64,000 nt of DNA from an uncultured delta proteobacterium (GTDB lineage: Bacteria; Desulfobacterota; Binatia; UBA9968): assembly GCA_963760795.1 (NCBI GenBank), contig CAVXEP010000013.1, positions 64,001-128,000 of the forward strand. Direction: 5' to 3'. Below the pieces are notes generated by a model. It was not told the origin of the DNA, ran no database searches, and was given only the letters and a program-made list of their open reading frames with translations. Both the position numbers and the translations under genes were made by a program. Below, one piece after another: positions 1 through 8,284 of this stretch (positions are counted from its first letter, which is position 1; each line of letters begins with the position of its first letter).

Positions 1-8
1 GCGCGCCG

Positions 9-788
9 GTGGAGGAGCACTTTCGCCCTTTGGCGGCTTACGCAGCGCGCAAACTCTCGCCTTCGGGGGAAACTAAGGGAACGGTGGTCGTTGCGTCCAG
101 CGCCGCGCAAATGATCAAATTGCTTGACGAGAAGCGTGTCGATTTCTACATGGAAAGTCCCCATCCCACCTATGTGATCAACCGCCTGGGCGCCGCCGCG
201 CTGCTGCTCAGACGGTGGAAAGGCGGGATCGCTGAATATCGCAGCCTCATCTTCACCGGCAAAGAAAGCGGCATCGCCCGGCTCGACGAGCTGCGCGGCA
301 AAATCATCGCGTTCGAAGACGCTGGGTCGACCTCCGGTTATTTTCTTCCCAAGCTTTTTCTCCTCAAGAAAGGATTTTCGGTAGTGGAAAAACCGAGTCT
401 TGGAGCCAAAGTCGCCGCCGGCGAGATCGGTTATACTTTCGCCGGTACTGAAAAAAACGTCGTCAATCTCGTGCTGCAAAAGAAGGTGGCGGCGGGAGCC
501 TTTAGTAACGACGATTATGCGAGCTTGGACGAAAATAACAAAGCGGCGATCTCGATCCTCGGTGAAAGCGAATCGATGCCGCGCCATCTCGTATCGGTGC
601 GCAAGGATTTATCGGAGCCGGTCAAAAAGCGCCTCAAAGAAATTCTGCTTAACATGCATCACGACGACGAAGGGCAGAAAGTCCTGCGACTAATCGATAA
701 CACGACAAAATTCGACTCCCTGCCGGGCGGCGAGGAATCAGTCAGGCGAAAGCTGGTGGAACTGTTTCGCCCCCGGGGCAAGAAATGA
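9..788 (+). CDS. Phosphate/phosphonate ABC transporter substrate-binding protein (PhnD family), 5' end probably outside the window
   Basis: YRSLIF...LDELRGKIIAFEDAGSTSGYFLP matches the PhnD-family STSG motif; no signal peptide in view, frame runs to the window edge. Confidence 0.8.
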   Translation: MEEHFRPLAAYAARKLSPSGETKGTVVVASSAAQMIKLLDEKRVDFYMESPHPTYVINRLGAAALLLRRWKGGIAEYRSLIFTGKESGIARLDELRGKIIAFEDAGSTSGYFLPKLFLLKKGFSVVEKPSLGAKVAAGEIGYTFAGTEKNVVNLVLQKKVAAGAFSNDDYASLDENNKAAISILGESESMPRHLVSVRKDLSEPVKKRLKEILLNMHHDDEGQKVLRLIDNTTKFDSLPGGEESVRRKLVELFRPRGKK

Positions 789-807
789 TCGGTCCGCAAC
801 TTGAATC

Positions 808-1482
808 GTGCAAGGGCTTCATAGGCTAAGCTTTAGAATATGCCAACACGAAAAGCTCGGACCTCACCACCAAACGGAGTCTGTCGAGGTCAGCCAATTC
901 CGGCCGCACCCGTGGCACGGCTTACCCGCCGGCGCGGAACCGCCGGAACTCCTCAACGCCTATATCGAGATCACGCCCTTCGACCTGATGAAATATGAGG
1001 TCGATAAGGTTTCCGGTTATCTCCGAGTCGACCGGCCGCAACGCACCTCGGCGCAACCACCGACGCTCTACGGCTTCATTCCCCGAACCTACTGCAACGA
1101 GAAAGTGCGCCGGCTCGCCCCCGGATCGACACGCGGCGACGGCGATCCGCTGGATGTGTGCGTGCTCAGCGAGCGGACCATCGCGCGCAACGAGATCATC
1201 GTGCGCTGCCGGGTCATCGGCGGTTTGCAGATGATCGACCACGGCGAGGCCGACGATAAGATCATCGCCGTCTTGGACAACGACTACGTCTGGGGCCACG
1301 CCCGCAATATCGACGACGTCCCGGCGGTTTTCACTGAGCGACTCCAGCACTATTTCCTGACCTACAAGCTCGTGCCGGGAGAAAGAGCCAAAGTGCGCAT
1401 CGCCCAAACCTACGGCCGCAGTCACGCGCTTCGAGTGGTGCGCGCGGCGATGGCTGATTACCAAGCCAACTTCGTTCGATAA
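808..1482 (+). CDS. ppa: Family I soluble inorganic pyrophosphatase
   Basis: [26 protein letters not shown] and EADDKII motifs; true start uncertain (an ATG at 840 in another frame hints at an early indel). Confidence 0.9.
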   Translation: MQGLHRLSFRICQHEKLGPHHQTESVEVSQFRPHPWHGLPAGAEPPELLNAYIEITPFDLMKYEVDKVSGYLRVDRPQRTSAQPPTLYGFIPRTYCNEKVRRLAPGSTRGDGDPLDVCVLSERTIARNEIIVRCRVIGGLQMIDHGEADDKIIAVLDNDYVWGHARNIDDVPAVFTERLQHYFLTYKLVPGERAKVRIAQTYGRSHALRVVRAAMADYQANFVR

Positions 1483-1503
1483 AACGCCCACCGTTTCCTT
1501 GCA

Positions 1504-1533
1504 TTGACATCGGAAGACTTGCTTAGCTAAGCT
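1504..1533 (+). promoter_or_regulatory. Putative sigma70 promoter for the quinone oxidoreductase
   Basis: TTGACA-N18-TAAGCT, followed by a GGAGG RBS before ATG 1565. Confidence 0.5.
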
Positions 1534-1564
1534 TGATTCAGAAATTATTCATGGGAGGCAGATT

Positions 1565-2536
1565 ATGAAAGCCATCCGCATCCACGAATTCGGCCAGTCG
1601 GAAGATGTTCTTAAATACGAAGACGTATCCGTCCCGGAACCCAAGGGCGGTGAGGTATTGATCAAGGTCGAAGCCGCGTCACTCAATCGCGCCGACCTGG
1701 GATTGCGCAAGGGAACCTATCGAATAGCCGCCGATGCGCTGCCGGTGACTCCAGGGCGGGAGTTTGCCGGAACGGTCGCCAAGCTCGGCGCCGGCGTCAG
1801 CGAATTCGCCGTGGGCCAGCGTGTCGTCGGTTATCCGAGTCTCGGCGGCTATGCCGAGTACGCCGTCGCAAAAGTCGCCGAAGTGCGGCCGGTGCCTGAC
1901 GGCGTTACCGCCGCGCAGGCCGCGGCGCTGCCGACCGCTTCGCTCACTGCATGGTTCGGTCTGAAGACTGACGGCGCTTTGAAATCCGGCGATTGGCTGC
2001 TCATCCAAGGCGGCAGCAGCGGCGTCGGCGTCGCGGCGATCCAGATCGCCAAGCATCTCGGCGCCCAAGTCATCGCCACCTCGGGCAGTGAAGTAAAATG
2101 CCGCAGACTGCGCCAGCTCGGCGCCGACGTAACCGTCGATGTGTCGGAAAATGACTTTCTAAGCGAAGTCATGCGGGTCACCGACAACCGCGGTGTCGAT
2201 GTCGTCCTCGAAATGATCGGCGGCGATGTCTATCAGAAAAGCCTGCAAGCGCTGGCGCCCGGTGGAAGGCTGGTTTCCATCGGCGGCGCCTTCGGCGCGG
2301 TTCCCGATCCGCCGCCGGCCCTGACCGAAGGCAGAAAAGCGACACGCTTTTCGATCACCAACTATTTGAAGACGAAACCGGAAGATTTCAAAGAGCTCGA
2401 CATCATTCTAAAACTTGTGCAGGAAAAGAAATTCGACGCCGGCATCGGCAAAACGTTTCCGTTGGCCGAAACCCGCGCCGCCCAGCGCTACCTCGAAGGG
2501 CGCGACCACTTCGGCAAAGTCATGCTATCAATGTAG
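1565..2536 (+). CDS. NADPH:quinone oxidoreductase (MDR / zeta-crystallin family)
   Basis: MKAIRIHEFG, PGREFAG, GGSSGVG nucleotide-binding loop, C-terminal HFGKVML; lacks Zn-binding Cys ligands. Confidence 0.9.
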   Translation: MKAIRIHEFGQSEDVLKYEDVSVPEPKGGEVLIKVEAASLNRADLGLRKGTYRIAADALPVTPGREFAGTVAKLGAGVSEFAVGQRVVGYPSLGGYAEYAVAKVAEVRPVPDGVTAAQAAALPTASLTAWFGLKTDGALKSGDWLLIQGGSSGVGVAAIQIAKHLGAQVIATSGSEVKCRRLRQLGADVTVDVSENDFLSEVMRVTDNRGVDVVLEMIGGDVYQKSLQALAPGGRLVSIGGAFGAVPDPPPALTEGRKATRFSITNYLKTKPEDFKELDIILKLVQEKKFDAGIGKTFPLAETRAAQRYLEGRDHFGKVMLSM

Positions 2537-2543
2537 AAACGAT

Positions 2544-2608
2544 TGGAGTGATGGAGTATTGGAGTGATGGGAATTTCACACCCTTTACTCCAGCACTCCA
2601 ACCCTCCA
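2544..2608. repeat. Octamer tandem/inverted repeat element (TGGAGTRW)n...(complement)n, copy 1
   Basis: TGGAGTGA TGGAGTAT TGGAGTGA TGG ... TACTCCAGCACTCCAACCCTCCA directly after the qor stop. Confidence 0.8.
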
Positions 2609-2734
2609 AGGAAGAAGTTCCCACGCGTCGACCATTTAGTTTTGAAAGTGAAGGATCTTGAGCGCTCGCGCAAGTTCTTCACCGAAGTCTTGGGCTTTCC
2701 CCAGGTCGGCGAGAACGACGGCATGCTGTCTTAG
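2567..2734 (+). pseudogene. Truncated VOC/glyoxalase-family gene remnant
   Basis: Manual translation gives ...PRVDHLVLKVKDLERSRKFFTEVLGFPQVGENDGMLS*, the typical VOC N-terminal unit, ending at TAG 2732-2734; not in the ORF track. Confidence 0.65.
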
Positions 2735-2808
2735 CACCGGCGCACTGTCCGAACTCCGCCAGGCAGTTCTGACTGGCCGCTTCCCCCGTGGTCTGCTAAA
2801 GTGGCCCA

Positions 2809-3864
2809 GTGAGCGTTTCACCTGAAAAAGCCAAGAGCGCACACGTGCAGCCACAGAATCCCGGCTTAGACCTAGCCGCGCTGGACGATGACACGTTGTT
2901 GCAGATGCGCATCTGCGATTTGAAGCTCAAAATCGCCGGCAGCGAGCTCGAATCGCGCATCGACAAATTCTACGCCGAGCTCACTGCCAGGGACATCGCG
3001 GTAAAACCGCTCTGCTACTTGGGCGACGAGTGGTTTTGCCCGGACGGCTCGGCGACCATCGCGATCCCCTTCTACCTCGCCCATCCGCGCTTGAAGCGGC
3101 TCGAAGCCAAGATGATGCTGGAAGTGGAAGGCGATACCGAGGCCTGGTGTCTGCGTCTGCTGCGCCACGAGATGGGCCATGTGGTCAACCACGCTTACTT
3201 GCTCAAGAAAGACAAACGCTGGCAGAAGCTGTTCGGTCCGCCGTCGTTGGAATACTCCGAAAGTTTTCGTGCCCGTCCCTACAGCAAGCGCTTCGTGCGC
3301 CATCTCGAAGGTTACTACGCCCAGAGCCACCCGGAGGAAGACTTCGCCGAAACCTTTGCCATATGGCTCACGCCCGACCTCGATTGGCGCCAGCAGTATC
3401 GCGATTGGAAGGCATTGGATAAATTGGAATATGTCGACAAGCTTATGCAAGAGCTCGCCGGCAAACCGCCATTGGTGTTTTCTAAATCGAAAATCAGCGA
3501 TGCCGCGCGCCTGCGTTCTCGGCTTGATGTCCACTACCGCCGCCGGCGCCGCACCTACGCCCAGGAATTCCCCGACTTTTTCGACGGCGACTTGCGCAAA
3601 CTATTTGTCGATTCCGAGGCGGCGCCGGATAGCGAGCGCGCCGCAACGTTCCTGCGCCGGTCGAACAAGTTGATTCTTAACGCCGTCTCCGCCTGGACCG
3701 GCGAGCCCAAGTTTACCATCAGCCGACTGCTGCGCGGCCTCACCGAACGCTGCAGCGAGCTCGATCTGCGCTTGAAGTCGCAATCGGCTCCCGTGGAAAT
3801 CACCGCCTATCTGGCGACTCTAGCGTCTCATTACCGGCTCACGGGAAAGTTTAAGGACACCTAA
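2809..3864 (+). CDS. Putative zinc-binding metallopeptidase (Peptidase_Mx-like zincin)
   Basis: LLRHEMGH (HExxH) plus YAQSHPEEDFAETFA third-ligand motif. Confidence 0.8.
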   Translation: MSVSPEKAKSAHVQPQNPGLDLAALDDDTLLQMRICDLKLKIAGSELESRIDKFYAELTARDIAVKPLCYLGDEWFCPDGSATIAIPFYLAHPRLKRLEAKMMLEVEGDTEAWCLRLLRHEMGHVVNHAYLLKKDKRWQKLFGPPSLEYSESFRARPYSKRFVRHLEGYYAQSHPEEDFAETFAIWLTPDLDWRQQYRDWKALDKLEYVDKLMQELAGKPPLVFSKSKISDAARLRSRLDVHYRRRRRTYAQEFPDFFDGDLRKLFVDSEAAPDSERAATFLRRSNKLILNAVSAWTGEPKFTISRLLRGLTERCSELDLRLKSQSAPVEITAYLATLASHYRLTGKFKDT

Positions 3865-3867
3865 GTC

Positions 3868-4893
3868 ATGGCGCAAGCCAAGAAACGTTACAAAGTTCTC
3901 GTCCTGTTCGGCAGCGCTGGCACACCGCCGGCCAACCAAGATTTCACTAAGGAATTAAAGACCGAGGATTTCGCCGCCGAAGCCCATGTCATCGAGGCGC
4001 TGAAAACCGTCGGCCATGAAGTGCGCACTCTGGGTGTTTGGGACGAAGCCTCGCTGATCATCGACGAGATCAAAGCCAACCCGCCGGATGTCGTGTTCAA
4101 TCTCACCGAGCATTTCAACGAGATCTCCGCCTACGACCGCAACGTCGCCGGGCTACTGGAAATGATGGCCGTGCCCTATACCGGCTCGAGTCCGACCGGA
4201 CTTACACTGTGCAAAAACAAAGGCATGGCGAAGGAGCTGCTCGCCTATCACAAAATTCGCGTGCCCAATTTTGCCATTTACTCGCCGGGCGCGACGATCA
4301 AGCGGCCGAGCCGCCTCAAGTTTCCGCTGTTTATCAAACCCGCCGAAGAGGAAGCGTCCTACGGTATCTCGCTCGATTCTTTCGTTGAGGACGACGATTC
4401 ATTCGACGAACGCATTCGATTCATTCACGAGCGCATGAACCAACCGGCCTTGGCCGAGGAATATATCGAGGGGCGGGAGATCTATGTCAGTCTGCTCGGC
4501 AACGACCGGCTTCGAGTTTTTCCATTCCGTGAGGTGATTTTCAACGCGATGCCCGAAGGCCAACCGAAATTCTCCACCTTCAAAGCCAAGTGGGACGACG
4601 CCTACCGCAAGCGCTGGGGCATTCAGAACGTCTTCGCCGAACCCTTCCCCAACGGCATCGACCAACGTATTGGCAACATCTGCAAAGCCGTCTATCGCGC
4701 CCTGCGCATCCGCGGTTATGGCCGTATCGACCTGCGGGTGACGCCGGCGGGGGAAATCGTTGTCCTCGAAGCCAACCCCAATCCCAACCTCGACCGCGAC
4801 GATGAGTTCGCCCAGTCGGCGATGAAAGCGGGGATCAGCTTTCCGCATGTAGTGCAGAGAATTCTCAAGCTGGCGCTAACCGCGCCTCACTAA
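3868..4893 (+). CDS. ATP-grasp peptide ligase (D-Ala-D-Ala ligase-like family, non-canonical)
   Basis: PYTGS, FPLFIKP..EEASYGI, AEEYIEGRE, YGRIDLR, LEANPNP; starts 3 nt after the peptidase stop. Confidence 0.85.
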   Translation: MAQAKKRYKVLVLFGSAGTPPANQDFTKELKTEDFAAEAHVIEALKTVGHEVRTLGVWDEASLIIDEIKANPPDVVFNLTEHFNEISAYDRNVAGLLEMMAVPYTGSSPTGLTLCKNKGMAKELLAYHKIRVPNFAIYSPGATIKRPSRLKFPLFIKPAEEEASYGISLDSFVEDDDSFDERIRFIHERMNQPALAEEYIEGREIYVSLLGNDRLRVFPFREVIFNAMPEGQPKFSTFKAKWDDAYRKRWGIQNVFAEPFPNGIDQRIGNICKAVYRALRIRGYGRIDLRVTPAGEIVVLEANPNPNLDRDDEFAQSAMKAGISFPHVVQRILKLALTAPH

Positions 4894-4902
4894 CACCGAA
4901 AT

Positions 4903-5508
4903 ATGGAATTTCTCATCTTTGCTTTTATGGGTAGTCTCGCAGCGTACGCACTCTATTTGACGTTTCGTGGCCACAGTAGTCCAATCACCGACCCTACGCT
5001 CGGACTCTTGAATATTGGCGGAGATACCTTTACGCAGCTTATGGAAGAAGACCGTGCATCCCTCGATCCGCTGTTTCCGAGAGTGGAGGTTGGCAGCGGA
5101 TTGCAGATCCCGAAATGCGACGTGCTGTTCGTCTACACCGACATCGCCTCGGATGGCCAGATCGGTCTTGGCAAGGGTTTAACGATTCGGCACTTAGCCG
5201 GACGTGCAGCCGCTTCGATCATCGTGCTCGCTGCTCCGAATTCATGGGAACATATTGCTCAAGCGGTGAAACAAGATGGCCCCAAACGCGCCAACCTCGT
5301 ATGTACCAGAGACCGCAAGGGCTCGGTTTTTTCGTCGTTCTTTCGAAAACTCTTCGAACTGATGCGGGCAGGGAAATCCATGCCCATGGCATGGAACTCG
5401 CTCGCCCCGCAAGTACCCAGTCAAGTCGATCCTCACACCGACGTGCCCGAGACGGTCGCCATCCTAGAAGCGGGGCAAGTAAAGTTTACTTGGACCAACC
5501 CGAAATAA
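4903..5508 (+). CDS. Hypothetical protein with N-terminal transmembrane helix
   Basis: 201-aa ORF 9 nt after the ATP-grasp stop; hydrophobic MEFLIFAFMGSLAAYALYLTF; codon usage visibly more AT-rich than neighbours. Confidence 0.6.
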   Translation: MEFLIFAFMGSLAAYALYLTFRGHSSPITDPTLGLLNIGGDTFTQLMEEDRASLDPLFPRVEVGSGLQIPKCDVLFVYTDIASDGQIGLGKGLTIRHLAGRAAASIIVLAAPNSWEHIAQAVKQDGPKRANLVCTRDRKGSVFSSFFRKLFELMRAGKSMPMAWNSLAPQVPSQVDPHTDVPETVAILEAGQVKFTWTNPK

Positions 5509-5531
5509 CGATTGCTTCGGAATCTGCGCTT

Positions 5532-5723
5532 TCAGTTCAACCACTCGTCGACTTTTCCCGCCATCACTTCATCGAGGATTTCCTTGCAATCGGCAATCGC
5601 CTTATCGACTATGGGCGGCTCCTTGACATGGGGAATTCCTTGTTTTACCGCGCCATAAAGCGCCTGCACAATTGCCTTTAAGTGTTCATCCATCTCATCC
5701 AAATTCGCTGCGGCCTGTGGCAT
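5532..5723 (-). CDS. Small acidic helical hypothetical protein (63 aa)
   Basis: GGAGAAACC-ATG RBS; 14 nt downstream of the diiron gene on the same strand. Confidence 0.7.
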   Translation of the reverse strand: MPQAAANLDEMDEHLKAIVQALYGAVKQGIPHVKEPPIVDKAIADCKEILDEVMAGKVDEWLN

Positions 5724-5737
5724 GGTTTCTCCATTCG

Positions 5738-6454
5738 CTAGATGTAACGGCGCCCTTTGTTGGGGTCAGGAATCTGCAAACCCATTTGCCTGAGAATCGG
5801 TCCGACCTCATTGATATAATCTTCGCGCGCCTGCTGATTGGTGCGGCGCTTCAAACCCCAGTGGCGATAGCGCTCGGACTTCTTAGAATCTGCCCGGCCG
5901 AACATATCGAGGGCGCGCACATACCAATAATCCACCGCCTTTTGCGCCTTAGCCTTGCCCTCGTCACCCGACACGATCAGCTCTAAGGTTTTGTTGTAAC
6001 CGTACTCAATATGTCCACGCTCTTCGGTGACGATGTCGGGTAGAATGCGCTGCAGCGGCAAATAGCTGCAATCGTAGAACTCTTCCAACTGATAGCGCCC
6101 GACGCGATCGACGAGAAAGCCGAACACAGAGTTATCTTCCCAGGTGGTAATCGAACCGCGAAAGGCGTCGACGAAACGTTTTTCATTGGGCTGGCTCAAA
6201 ACAAAAGATACATCGACGCCAATATCGCCAGCGACGCGCGCGACTTTACGATAATGATCGATCTCTTCCGCCGCCGTGCGCGCGACGATCAATTGATCGA
6301 GCTTGGTCGGCGCCGCCGGCAACATCTTCTCGACATACAAATGCGGCCCGCCAATCTCGCAGTCCGCTTGGATGGTCAACACGTGGCCCAAGAGCTCCTT
6401 GTACTCCGGCGCCATTTTGTCGAAGTCTTTCAGTTCGATCTTGTCGGTGAACAT
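5738..6454 (-). CDS. Ferritin-like diiron protein, PaaA/PaaC-BoxB (aryl-CoA epoxidase) family
   Basis: ADCE, EEIDH, FLVDRVGRYQL and EERGH give a full E/ExxH/D/ExxH ligand set; C-terminal ALDMFG...WGLKRRTN resembles PaaA. Confidence 0.8.
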   Translation of the reverse strand: MFTDKIELKDFDKMAPEYKELLGHVLTIQADCEIGGPHLYVEKMLPAAPTKLDQLIVARTAAEEIDHYRKVARVAGDIGVDVSFVLSQPNEKRFVDAFRGSITTWEDNSVFGFLVDRVGRYQLEEFYDCSYLPLQRILPDIVTEERGHIEYGYNKTLELIVSGDEGKAKAQKAVDYWYVRALDMFGRADSKKSERYRHWGLKRRTNQQAREDYINEVGPILRQMGLQIPDPNKGRRYI

Positions 6455-6516
6455 TTTCCCCTCCCGCGAATTTCAAAATCCCATTCCAGACTCATCAGAA
6501 TGTTGAAAGAAGATTC

Positions 6517-6532
6517 AGCAAGAGAAGTGCCA
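6517..6532 (-). promoter_or_regulatory. Sigma54 (-24/-12) promoter for the diiron gene
   Basis: Minus strand reads TGGCACTTCTCTTGCT = TGGCAC-N5-TTGCW consensus, about 60 nt upstream of ATG 6454. Confidence 0.75.
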
Positions 6533-6693
6533 GTGCAGAAGCTGGTTTTTCAGGGGAAAGATCACCCAAATTGCCAATCCTTTTCTCAATACTCGGAGAA
6601 GTGAGCTTGCGCTTTCCCACAAATCAGAAATTCTGCTCGGGTTGGCAGGACGGATGCGGGAGCAAATAATCATGGCGGCGGCCATTCAGGCCG

Positions 6694-6732
6694 AAAAAAA
6701 AGGGCGGCCGTTGCTCACGGCCGCCCCTTTTC
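6694..6732 (-). terminator. Intrinsic terminator after ubiD
   Basis: AAAAAAAAGGGCGGCCG-TTGCTCA-CGGCCGCCCCTTTT; GC stem followed by a U8 tract on the minus strand. Confidence 0.85.
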
Positions 6733-6752
6733 AACTTCAGTCGAAATTCGAC

Positions 6753-8243
6753 TTATCCTTCGATAAGCTTCTTATACTTGTTGTAGATCTTCGCGCGCAG
6801 CTCGGGGGACGACTCGGCCACCGGCGGGAAGTCTTTGAGCCACTCGAAGGGACGGCAGGCATCGATCACGGCGCGGGAATTGAAGCCCTTCTTCGACGGA
6901 TGGATGCGCGGATCGAGGGGGCCGCTCCAGCAGCGGCGCAGAATCTCGATGGACTCCACCGGATCGGATCGGCTGGACAAGGCCCAGAGCACGTCGAAGG
7001 TGTTGGTCGGATCGATATCCTCGTCGACGACGATGACGTAGCGGCCGAGATAAGCGCCGGCATGAACTTGCGAAGCGACCAACATGGCTTGACGGGCATG
7101 ACCGGGATAGCGCTGTTTGATCGAAATGATGTTCAACAAGCGGCCGCCGCCAGCCTCGTGACACCACACGCCGCGCACATCGGGCACGCCGGCTTTTTCC
7201 ACCTGTTCCCAGATCAACGACGCCTTCACCATGCACTTGGCGATGGAATAATCTGACGGCGGACGACCGGGCCGGGCGCAGCACAGGATCGGGTCGTTGC
7301 GATAATAAATATTTTCAACTCGAATGACCGGCTCCGGGCGGCTGGAGCTGGCATAGTAACCGGTCCATTCGCCGAACGGACCTTCGGTCTTGCGGTCGGT
7401 GGGGTCCATCCAACCTTCGATGACGATTTCCGCGTTGGCGGCAAAGGGCAATCCGGTGGAACGGCCTTCAATGACTTCGATGGGCGCGCCTTTGAGGCCG
7501 CCGGCATAATCGAACTCGCCAACGCCGTAATCGATTTCGTTACCGGAGACCATGAACAACACCGGATCTTGGCCGACGGAGACAACGACCGGGCAGGGCT
7601 TGCCGCGCTCGAAATATTTGTTGCGCTGAATGCTGCCATGCTTGCCGGGCGAGATGTACAAGCCCATGCTGTTTTTGTCATGGACCATGCCTCGGTATGC
7701 GCCGAAATTGACCCAACCTTCATCGGGGTCGCGGGTCGTGACCAAACATGCGGTGCCGATGAAACGGCCGCCGTCGAGCTCATGCATGAACGGCACGGGG
7801 AACTTGAGCAAGTCGACCTTGTCGCCGGAATCGACATTTTCTAGAATCGGTCCCTTGGTGACGACCTTATGTTTGATCGGTTCGAGATTGACTAACTTCT
7901 GGCGGAAGGCGCGCACCAAATCCAAATTGGACAAGCTCATGTCCAAACCCAAGTTGAGCGCCATTCTCTTGAACGATGCATTCTGGGCAAACAGGGTGCG
8001 GAAACCCTTCGGGTAGCCGGGAACGTTATCGAAAAGCACTGCCGGCGTGGGACCGTCCTTGGACTCGTGAGCAAAGATCTCGGCGAGAGTGCCCATTTCG
8101 AGATTCCAGTCGACGCCGTCGACTTTTTTCAGCTCGCCCATGCTGTCGACGATTTCCAACCAATCGCGCAGATCGTTGTACTTTGGCGTCTTCCCTGCCT
8201 TCATATCGTCTTCGGCTAATTTTCTAGCCTCTAGTGCTGTCAT
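6753..8243 (-). CDS. UbiD-family (prFMN-dependent) decarboxylase
   Basis: DLRDWLE, PAVLFDNVPGY, DGGRFIGT, EGPFGEWTGYY, VIVVDEDID and LDP motifs. Confidence 0.92.
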   Translation of the reverse strand: MTALEARKLAEDDMKAGKTPKYNDLRDWLEIVDSMGELKKVDGVDWNLEMGTLAEIFAHESKDGPTPAVLFDNVPGYPKGFRTLFAQNASFKRMALNLGLDMSLSNLDLVRAFRQKLVNLEPIKHKVVTKGPILENVDSGDKVDLLKFPVPFMHELDGGRFIGTACLVTTRDPDEGWVNFGAYRGMVHDKNSMGLYISPGKHGSIQRNKYFERGKPCPVVVSVGQDPVLFMVSGNEIDYGVGEFDYAGGLKGAPIEVIEGRSTGLPFAANAEIVIEGWMDPTDRKTEGPFGEWTGYYASSSRPEPVIRVENIYYRNDPILCCARPGRPPSDYSIAKCMVKASLIWEQVEKAGVPDVRGVWCHEAGGGRLLNIISIKQRYPGHARQAMLVASQVHAGAYLGRYVIVVDEDIDPTNTFDVLWALSSRSDPVESIEILRRCWSGPLDPRIHPSKKGFNSRAVIDACRPFEWLKDFPPVAESSPELRAKIYNKYKKLIEG

Positions 8244-8284
8244 TTAATTAACTCTCCTTTCAAATTCCGCTTTTGCGGGGCATT

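Noticed and set aside
3868-4893. Housekeeping ddl
   Set aside because: It lacks the Ddl N-terminal D-Ala-binding motif and the dcw context, so no gene symbol was assigned.
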